This document shows, piece after piece, positions 7,565 to 13,296 of a DNA stretch of 38,826 nt. Below the pieces are notes generated by a model. That model made no database searches and was not told the DNA's origin. It saw nothing but the letters and a program-made list of their open reading frames with translations. Source of the DNA: a virus; IMG/VR virus record IMGVR_UViG_3300029541_000013, positions 1 through 38,826 of that record. The stretch is one strand, 5' to 3'. A program made the position numbers and the translations under genes. Numbering within the stretch: position 1 is the stretch's first letter; the number at the start of each line of letters is the position of its first letter.

Positions 7565-7872
7565 CGCCCATGATCGACTTTGACGAGATCGAGAAAGAGA
7601 TCATCAACATGGAAGCAAACCGCGACACGTCTTATGCCACGATGGAACGATTAGCCCCTCTCTATGCCGCTATGATCTACAAGCGGCTCTGTGCCAATCC
7701 GGAAGTGTACGAGCCGCAGGCCGTGTCTGCGGTTGGCGACAGCGCATTTTTGCTCGCCGTCAGCGGCATGGACAGCGTTAAGGCGTGGGCGGTCATGGAT
7801 GAGCTAATGGACAGTCTCAAAGTGGTCAACGAGCGCGTATACAACAGCGTCATGCAGAAGCTTGAAAAATGA
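7561..7872 (+). CDS. Hypothetical protein (last cargo gene)
   Basis: GTG 7561 overlaps the upstream stop; the alternative start is ATG 7570. The gene is followed by a strong terminator. Confidence 0.6.
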   Translation: MTPMIDFDEIEKEIINMEANRDTSYATMERLAPLYAAMIYKRLCANPEVYEPQAVSAVGDSAFLLAVSGMDSVKAWAVMDELMDSLKVVNERVYNSVMQKLEK

Positions 7873-7873
7873 G

Positions 7874-7907
7874 GATACCCCCGTCACAAAGGCGGGGGGT
7901 ATCTTTT
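7874..7907 (+). terminator. Rho-independent terminator (partly bidirectional)
   Basis: GATACCCCC (7874-7882) pairs with GGGGGTATC (7895-7903), followed by TTTT. On the opposite strand a T5 run lies 5 nt past the stem. Confidence 0.8.
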
Positions 7908-7949
7908 AGGCATACTTTACCTTTGCGAACGTGAAAGTAAAATATGCCT
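7908..7949. other. Candidate attP core: 20-bp imperfect inverted repeat around central AA dinucleotide
   Basis: AGGCATACTTTACCTTTGCG (7908-7927), AA (7928-7929), CGTGAAAGTAAAATATGCCT (7930-7949). 16 of 20 positions are complementary. The site abuts the integrase stop codon, and no T-run follows on either strand. Confidence 0.45.
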
Positions 7950-9246
7950 AACGCGGCGTTACAAAAAACGCGCCATCGTTGTCTGCATCAATCCTCCTGA
8001 TGAAGCGCGTCCAGAATTCCTTTTTTTCTTCCCGCGAGTATGTATCATATTCGCCCAGCCCGTTTCTCAAAGCATCAAGGTCTGTCTTTGGCTTTTCTTC
8101 CACGGTCTCAAGGGACTTTTTCAGGCTCGCGTATTCTGCCTTGTAATCGTCCAGCTCGATCAAATCATTTAGATACAGCGTTTTTAGCTTGCTCATTTTC
8201 TTTCGTATCGCGTCCGCGCTTTGCGTGGGCTTTTTTTCTGCCTTTTTGTAATACCTGTTGTTCCGCTCTGTGATTCCTGCAAGCTCGTGCAACAGGTAGT
8301 CTTCCAGCGCGTCTTCCCTGATCCTCTTCATGTGCGGGCAAGCGGAGTTGTCAAGCATCCGCGTCCGGCAACGGTAATATGTATATATCTGTTTTGCGGT
8401 TTCCGACTGCATTGTTCTTCCGCATTCCTTGCAATGCAAAAGCCCCGAGAACAGATACACGCGATCCACATCAACTCCGGCACAGCGCTGTGACCGCTGG
8501 CGGGAAATATCATTTACAAGGTCAAAGTCTTGCTTGCTCACCAACGAAGGGCAAGCGTTTTCGATGCCGTACACCTCGCCAATGTAAAGCCGGTTGTGGA
8601 AATAGTTGACATACTTATTATATGCTCGGTCAATTCCCCATGTGTCGAGCATATATCGTTTTACAGCAAGGACGCTTTTCAGACGAATATATGCGGCAAA
8701 CATATCCCGCGCCGCGTCTGCCGTGTCGTTATCAATTTGGTATTGCCTGTCTTTAATGATATACCCTAAAGGCGCTTTTGAGCCTGCCGGTTGCCCTTTT
8801 GCACGCTTGCCGTCGTTGATAAATTTTATTCGCTCGCTCGTGCGGTCGGCTTCGTCCTGCGCGACGGAAAGCATGATGTTAACCTTTAATCGCCCTGATG
8901 CGGTGCGCGTCTCGTAGTCCTCTTCCGTCGCTTGCCACGTTACGCCGTACCGGTCGAGCTGCGTCTGCACATCGTAATACCCAGCAACATTTCGGAACCA
9001 ACGGTCGAGTTTAATAAACAGGATCGTGTCTACTTTCCCCGCCTTGCAATCGTCCAGCAGCCGCAGGAGCGCCGGGCGTTTTTTATACGGCTTTCTCGCG
9101 GATATGCCTGCATCCTCATATATGCCCACCACGGTCATTTTATTCGCTTTGGCATATCTTGCCAGCGCGTCCCGCTGCTCTTGTAATGATAGACCATGCC
9201 GCGCTTGTTCCTCGCTGGACACGCGTATATACAATGCCGCTCTCAT
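7948..9246 (-). CDS. int: Large serine recombinase (integrase)
   Basis: ATG 9246 after GGAGGGGG. Resolvase-type N-terminus with AALYIRVSSEEQ, a recombinase domain, and a zinc ribbon CKECG...YYRCR...CPH followed by a coiled coil. Confidence 0.92.
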   Translation of the reverse strand: MRAALYIRVSSEEQARHGLSLQEQRDALARYAKANKMTVVGIYEDAGISARKPYKKRPALLRLLDDCKAGKVDTILFIKLDRWFRNVAGYYDVQTQLDRYGVTWQATEEDYETRTASGRLKVNIMLSVAQDEADRTSERIKFINDGKRAKGQPAGSKAPLGYIIKDRQYQIDNDTADAARDMFAAYIRLKSVLAVKRYMLDTWGIDRAYNKYVNYFHNRLYIGEVYGIENACPSLVSKQDFDLVNDISRQRSQRCAGVDVDRVYLFSGLLHCKECGRTMQSETAKQIYTYYRCRTRMLDNSACPHMKRIREDALEDYLLHELAGITERNNRYYKKAEKKPTQSADAIRKKMSKLKTLYLNDLIELDDYKAEYASLKKSLETVEEKPKTDLDALRNGLGEYDTYSREEKKEFWTRFIRRIDADNDGAFFVTPR

Positions 9247-9266
9247 CAAATCCCCCTCCAATCAAT

Positions 9267-9638
9267 CTACAAGCACCATGCAGCCAGTAGAACGATAATG
9301 ACAAACATTATAGCAATTACGCCGTTTCGGATACGGACACCGCGCCGCATAATCTCGATCGTGTCAGCCTTTGCGTCGACGTGGCGTTCCAGCTCATCGT
9401 TTCGCGCCTGCAAGGTTTCCTCGGTCGGCGTCAAGTGTTCGGAAATTCCGAATATTTCATCAAGGGATATGCCGAGCACCTTGCAGATCGGCGCGACGGT
9501 GTAAATGGACGGGGCCTTTGACAATTTCGAGAAAAAGTTCTGCACGGTGGACAGCGGTACGCCGGAAGCGTCGGAAATGTCTTGGTAAGTCAGTTTCAGT
9601 TCTTCTTTACGGATTCTACACAGCTCTTGAATGTTCAT
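9267..9638 (-). CDS. Membrane-tethered XRE-family HTH regulator
   Basis: RBS AAGGTGA. HTH LTYQDISDASGVPLSTVQNF, then a short coiled coil and a C-terminal TM helix GVIAIMFVIIVLLAAWCL. Its stop is 20 nt upstream of the integrase start, in the same orientation. Confidence 0.8.
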   Translation of the reverse strand: MNIQELCRIRKEELKLTYQDISDASGVPLSTVQNFFSKLSKAPSIYTVAPICKVLGISLDEIFGISEHLTPTEETLQARNDELERHVDAKADTIEIMRRGVRIRNGVIAIMFVIIVLLAAWCL

Positions 9639-9806
9639 TTACATCACCTTAACTTTTCCGGTTTCTGCCCGTTTGGGGTGCCAAAAGTGGGTTTGTCGAA
9701 CGCGGTCAAATGCCGTCATGTTGCAAAGTCTTGGTATTGAAGTGGTAAGGTAAAGCGCGATATGGTGAAGACAAGCAGCGGCGACCGCTCCCCGCTGGCT
9801 GCAAAA

Positions 9807-9842
9807 AGGCCCCGCCGTTTGTTGCAGAGGGCGGCGGGGCCT
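9807..9842 (-). terminator. Rho-independent terminator (minus orientation)
   Basis: An 11-bp stem AGGCCCCGCCG (9807-9817) pairs with CGGCGGGGCCT (9832-9842). A5 on the + strand (9803-9807) gives U5 after the stem on the minus-strand transcript. Confidence 0.75.
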
Positions 9843-9927
9843 TTAGTTGGAGATATTGATGCTTACACCGTCTTGTGCGACAATCGACATACAACCCCGT
9901 TGCAAAAATACTTGGAGGGACATAATT

Positions 9928-10065
9928 ATGGACGAACAAACGAGAAAAGCGGCAAAACTTTTTGTCAACCTGACGCCAGAGCAAAAAAATGCTATTCTTG
10001 CGATGGTTGATAACCTTCTATCACAGCAAGCACCGCACTCTTCTGCTGCGGAGACAACCGGCTAA
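9928..10065 (+). CDS. Small hypothetical protein (45 aa), convergent with and overlapping the CI-like gene
   Basis: ATG 9928 lies 7 nt after GGAGGGA. A possible promoter is TTGATG (9856-9861), 17 nt, GACAAT with TG upstream. The product is MDEQTRKAAKLFVNLTPEQKNAILAMVDNLLSQQ... Confidence 0.4.
   Translation: MDEQTRKAAKLFVNLTPEQKNAILAMVDNLLSQQAPHSSAAETTG
9970..10057. repeat. Imperfect 42-nt inverted repeat; each arm encodes the same peptide motif on opposite strands
   Basis: Arm A (9970-10011, + strand) encodes LTPEQKNAILAMVD. Arm B (10016-10057, minus strand) encodes LSPQQKSAVLAVIE. Arms are roughly 60 percent complementary by hand alignment. Confidence 0.6.
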
Positions 10066-10441
10066 ACTTGGCAATAAGCTGCGCAAGCTGCACATCCTCG
10101 CCCTCAATCTTCGAATCGGGGGCTTCCTTTTTCCCCTCGGCCTCGACCAGCTTCCGTACCGCCTCAATATCCTCTAAGCATTTGGCGGTTTCTTCTGGCG
10201 TTCTCCCTTCGTGCAAGAGAATGTCATCCGGCGTGGCATCGAGCGTTAAGCACATTTTTACGGCGAATTCCCGCGATTTCAAATTCATATTTTTGTTTCT
10301 GCGCAAATCAGTTATCCAGCCGTTATTCTTCCCAAATTTTCTTGAAAATGCCGCTTCACTTATATCCTCTTTTTTGCAATAATTGACGATTAGATTTAAG
10401 CAGTTTTTACTAAGATTCACGCTGCCTGATTTTTTTGGCAT
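9992..10441 (-). CDS. CI-like XRE-family HTH protein
   Basis: HTH-like region EAAFSRKFGKNNGWITDLRR followed by an acidic linker. Its start codon lies 2 nt downstream of the nuclease stop, in the same operon. Confidence 0.75.
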   Translation of the reverse strand: MPKKSGSVNLSKNCLNLIVNYCKKEDISEAAFSRKFGKNNGWITDLRRNKNMNLKSREFAVKMCLTLDATPDDILLHEGRTPEETAKCLEDIEAVRKLVEAEGKKEAPDSKIEGEDVQLAQLIAKFSRLSPQQKSAVLAVIEGYQPSQE

Positions 10442-10443
10442 AA

Positions 10444-11256
10444 TTATAATCCCTTACCTTTGGACAATATCGATACATCTTCACAGTCCCATAACACTAC
10501 GTTTAGTTCGTCGGCCAAAATTTTAGCAGCCTTAGTATACACGCTATTTGTAACTACAATAGCAACATGAGCATCGTAATGTTCTTTTGCTGCATAGATT
10601 TGTTGCACAGCCTCAATTCCAACTTGCCCAGAATAGTACTTGCACTGAAACGCATACCGGACATCGTTTTTCTCGGCAAGAATATCTGCTCCAAAATCTT
10701 GCGATTTTTTTGTTACCTCAACTTTGCCGTACCCGTTTTTTGCAAGCAGCTCAGCGACATAGCTTTCAAATTCATAACCGTCAATAGACAATTTGAACTT
10801 TTGAAATTTGTTTGCGTCGGCAAGGATTTCGTCGAAAACTTCATTTTCTTTCTTTTCCATTCTCGAAACCCAGTCGATAATCTTATATTCCGTAGCCATA
10901 AGACCGGCTTTTTCCGCAGACAAGGATTTAATTTCTTTCTGCAATTTTTCGGAATCTGATTTTAACGCCGCCTTTTCTTCCTTTGCCTCTCGCATAACAT
11001 CTTCTTTTACTCGAGCTTTTAGAGTTGCCTCGAACTCATCCAGGTCCTTTTTCCGCTTAGATAGTTCTTCTTCTCTTGCAGAAAGGGAATTATCGCGCTC
11101 GCGCAACTCTTTTTGATAATCTTGCAGCATAATTCTATATTCGCGGCTTTTAGCAAAATGCCGCTGGACAGAGCGCTCGGTTTCTGCGAGCGCTTTTTCT
11201 TTTTCAGAAAAGTTTTCTTCGACGTATTTTTTTATTTGCTTATCAAATAGCGCCAT
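10444..11256 (-). CDS. Coiled-coil protein with C-terminal Mrr-type (PD-(D/E)xK) restriction-endonuclease domain
   Basis: ATG 11256, an internal start of the track ORF. About 130 aa of Glu/Lys-rich heptad sequence are followed by GYEFESYVAELLAKNGYGKVEVTKKSQDFGADILAEK...YAFQCKYY...VAIVVTNSVYTKAA, matching the Mrr_cat pattern (FE...Gy..v.....DgGiD....QcK...vTts.f). The gene is AT-richer than the backbone. Confidence 0.8.
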   Translation of the reverse strand: MALFDKQIKKYVEENFSEKEKALAETERSVQRHFAKSREYRIMLQDYQKELRERDNSLSAREEELSKRKKDLDEFEATLKARVKEDVMREAKEEKAALKSDSEKLQKEIKSLSAEKAGLMATEYKIIDWVSRMEKKENEVFDEILADANKFQKFKLSIDGYEFESYVAELLAKNGYGKVEVTKKSQDFGADILAEKNDVRYAFQCKYYSGQVGIEAVQQIYAAKEHYDAHVAIVVTNSVYTKAAKILADELNVVLWDCEDVSILSKGKGL

Positions 11257-11328
11257 TGACAAACCCTCACAAAGGAGAAAGAAAAAATTGTGCAAAGCGT
11301 AAAATCCGATGTTTCGCCGGATAACCGA

Positions 11329-11357
11329 TTGACAGCCGATAAAACATCGGCTATAAT
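11329..11357 (+). promoter_or_regulatory. Consensus sigma-70-type promoter facing the Cro-like gene
   Basis: TTGACA (11329-11334), 17-nt spacer, TATAAT (11352-11357). Confidence 0.7.
11335..11351. promoter_or_regulatory. Operator-like perfect palindrome GCCGAT-N5-ATCGGC filling the promoter spacer
   Basis: GCCGATAAAACATCGGC. Further CCGAT half sites lie at 11306, 11325 and 11431. Confidence 0.6.
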
Positions 11358-11456
11358 AACCTTACAGAACTTAATTAAGGCAACAAAAAACCAAGCCCCC
11401 AACGGATTTCCCGTTTTTGCGGACTTATAACCGATATTTTGTTGGCTGACACTTAC

Positions 11457-11485
11457 ATAATAGCGGTGTTGGTTGCGTTTGTCAA
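11457..11485 (-). promoter_or_regulatory. Sigma-70-type promoter facing the nuclease/CI-like operon
   Basis: On the minus strand: TTGACA (11485-11480), 17 nt, TATTAT (11462-11457). Confidence 0.6.
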
Positions 11486-11486
11486 T

Positions 11487-11505
11487 ATAAAGTTCTGAAC
11501 TTTAT
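11487..11505. promoter_or_regulatory. Operator-like 19-bp perfect palindrome
   Basis: ATAAAGTTC-T-GAACTTTAT, lying between the minus-strand -35 element and the SD of the Cro-like gene. A related half site CAGAACTTAA is at 11365-11374. Confidence 0.6.
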
Positions 11506-11521
11506 AAGGAGGGGAGAACGC

Positions 11522-11746
11522 TTGGGATTAAAGGCAATCCGAGAGAATGCCGGTTTGCGTCAGGAAGACGTAGCGAAGAAACTCCGCGTAAGAGTTTCCG
11601 CTGTGTCGAACTGGGAACGCGGTGTGAATGGTATCGCAAGCAAGTACATTAGACCGTTGACCAGATTGTACGGAGTGACCGAAGCGGAAATCAGAGCGGC
11701 ATCGGAAGCCGCCCAGACCGAAAGAGCGGGCAAGGAGGGCGCATGA
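11522..11746 (+). CDS. Cro-like XRE-family HTH protein
   Basis: TTG start after AAGGAGGGG. HTH LRQEDVAKKLRVRVSAVSNWERG. It is the first gene of the rightward operon. Confidence 0.8.
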   Translation: MGLKAIRENAGLRQEDVAKKLRVRVSAVSNWERGVNGIASKYIRPLTRLYGVTEAEIRAASEAAQTERAGKEGA

Positions 11747-11946
11747 AGCGAAAACGTCAAGTTGAAATTGTTTTGGATGCGCTTTCTGCATGCGGGGTTG
11801 ATATGACCGATGATATCAAGAATGCAGTCTGTAAAGCCTTAAAACAAATTCGGGCTGAGAAATTTGCCGAAAATCAGCAAAGCAAATGGTCGGTAATGAG
11901 AAAGCGTGCCGACGAGATCAGAGAGGGCAATAAGGTGGGCACATGA
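11743..11946 (+). CDS. Hypothetical protein
   Basis: ATGA overlap with the upstream gene; 67 aa. Confidence 0.6.
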   Translation: MKRKRQVEIVLDALSACGVDMTDDIKNAVCKALKQIRAEKFAENQQSKWSVMRKRADEIREGNKVGT

Positions 11947-12137
11947 AACGATTTATTAAATTGTTTTTGCTTCTCTGTTCATGGGCTCTGGTCGCTATTG
12001 TATCCGCCACTATCTTAATGCTTGTTTCAGCGTGGATTGCAGGATCAACGGAAAGCGTTTTGTTTAACGCTGTTTTTTTGGTCTTGGCCATTTTGGTTTG
12101 CGCTGCGATTTTGTCGATAAGTGGGGCGGACATATGA
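11943..12137 (+). CDS. Small membrane protein (2 TM)
   Basis: ATGA overlap with the upstream gene. Two hydrophobic helices (LFLLLCSWALVAIVSATILMLV, FNAVFLVLAILVCAAILSI). Confidence 0.65.
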   Translation: MKRFIKLFLLLCSWALVAIVSATILMLVSAWIAGSTESVLFNAVFLVLAILVCAAILSISGADI

Positions 12138-12141
12138 AGGC

Positions 12142-12184
12142 AAAAAAATGCCCCGCCCAATGTTGCAGCATCGAGCGGGGCGGG
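12142..12184 (-). terminator. Hairpin with T-run only on the minus strand
   Basis: CCCGCCC (12152-12158) pairs with GGGCGGG (12178-12184). A7 at 12142-12148 on the + strand gives U7 after the stem on a minus-strand transcript. No minus-strand gene is evident to its right. Confidence 0.4.
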
Positions 12185-12250
12185 TGGGACAAATCTCACC
12201 ACAAGATATTGTGTCCGTGCTTATTGTAGCACGGAAGAAAGGAAAAGGCA

Positions 12251-12403
12251 ATGAGTAAAAAGCCGGAGTACAAAATTATTTGGGTCACGCCCCCTGACCC
12301 TGTAAAGCTGGGGACGATCATGGGTGAGATTTACGCCCGAGGCAGAGGCCTTGAGTTTGTCGGCCTTGTGCCGAACGAGAAGAAGGGAGCATCGCATGGC
12401 TAA
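12251..12403 (+). CDS. Hypothetical small protein (50 aa; below ORF-track cut-off)
   Basis: ATG after GGAAAAGG. It reads MSKKPEYKIIWVTPPDPVKLGTIMGEIYARGRGLEFVGLVPNEKKGASHG. Its stop overlaps the next start (ATGGCTAA). Confidence 0.45.
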   Translation: MSKKPEYKIIWVTPPDPVKLGTIMGEIYARGRGLEFVGLVPNEKKGASHG

Positions 12404-12551
12404 CACGCTGTTTTTTGGCGGCATCGCCGCTGCGGTGATCGCGCTGAACGGCTGCGACTTTACCACGAGCCTTGCCGTCATTGGCGCTTGCGCGGTCGGC
12501 AAGGTGCTGTACGAGCTGCTGCCCTACATCGACAGGGGGTGCAGACGATGA
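12396..12551 (+). CDS. Small membrane protein
   Basis: ATG 12396. The product is MANTLFFGGIAAAVIALNGCDFTTSLAVIGACAVGKVLYELL. Confidence 0.5.
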   Translation: MANTLFFGGIAAAVIALNGCDFTTSLAVIGACAVGKVLYELLPYIDRGCRR

Positions 12552-13081
12552 GATGGCACGACAAGCGCACGAGAGAGCAGCGCAAGGCCGATGAATCGGC
12601 GCTGTTTGCGGCGGCGTGTCTTGGCGCGACGGTCATCTTGATCGTGGTCGCCATCTTAGCCACCAGCGTGCAGGCGGTCGAAGCAAGTCCCAAGGAATCC
12701 TCGGAAGTCGCCGAGGAATATGACCCCGCGTGGGATATTCCCGCGATCGAAAGCGCGGTGTGCAACGACGTTTTTCTTGATGAGTTTACGCTCACGGCCT
12801 ATTGCCCCGGGCGCTGCTGCTGCGGCAAGTGGGCGAGCGGCTACACCGCCACCGGCACGCTGGCCACCGAGGGGCGCTCGATCGCGGTCGACCCGAAGGT
12901 GATCCCTTACGGCTCACACGTCCTGCTGATCTGGCCGGACGGCACGCAGCACAGCTATATCGCCGAGGACTGCGGCGGCGGCGTGAACGGCAACCACATC
13001 GACGTGTTTTTCAACGACCATCAGGCGGCGCGCTATTTCGGCGTGCAGAGCGCGATGGCGTATTTGGAGGGAGAGAAATGA
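12548..13081 (+). CDS. Membrane-anchored 3D-domain protein (MltA/YuiC-type double-psi beta-barrel)
   Basis: ATGA overlap with the upstream gene. N-terminal TM helix, then FTLTAYCPGRCCCGKWASGYTATGT...GRSIAVDPKVIPYGSHV...YIAEDCGGGVNGNHIDVFF, matching the 3D-domain pattern. Confidence 0.8.
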   Translation: MRWHDKRTREQRKADESALFAAACLGATVILIVVAILATSVQAVEASPKESSEVAEEYDPAWDIPAIESAVCNDVFLDEFTLTAYCPGRCCCGKWASGYTATGTLATEGRSIAVDPKVIPYGSHVLLIWPDGTQHSYIAEDCGGGVNGNHIDVFFNDHQAARYFGVQSAMAYLEGEK

Positions 13082-13296
13082 TCTATCGCTGCACCTGCTG
13101 CCACCTCATTTTTGACGAGCCGGACATCGTCCTGCATCGCGTGAATCTGGACGGGGAGCGGGGATACCAGACCGAGAAAGAGCTTTTCTGCCCGGACTGC
13201 GGCGCAGAGGAAGCCTATTTCGAAAACTACAGGGGAGACGAAGATGAAGATGCAGAAAATATCGACGCGCGGCATGAGCCGCGAAGAATGGCTTGA
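13078..13296 (+). CDS. Zinc-ribbon protein
   Basis: ATGA overlap with the upstream gene. CTCC...CPDCG pair of CxxC motifs followed by an acidic tail. Confidence 0.6.
   Translation: MIYRCTCCHLIFDEPDIVLHRVNLDGERGYQTEKELFCPDCGAEEAYFENYRGDEDEDAENIDARHEPRRMA

Noticed and set aside
7908-7949. The inverted repeat as the integrase transcription terminator
   Set aside because: No T-run follows the stem on either strand, and a canonical terminator lies immediately beside it. A recombinase site is the better reading, although it remains unproven.
11479-11507. + strand promoter TTGTCA-17-TTATAA, back to back with the minus-strand promoter
   Set aside because: It is a plausible hexamer pair, but a transcript from it would start after the SD of the Cro-like gene, which uses a weak TTG start. 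I therefore prefer the consensus promoter at 11329-11357. Transcript mapping should decide.
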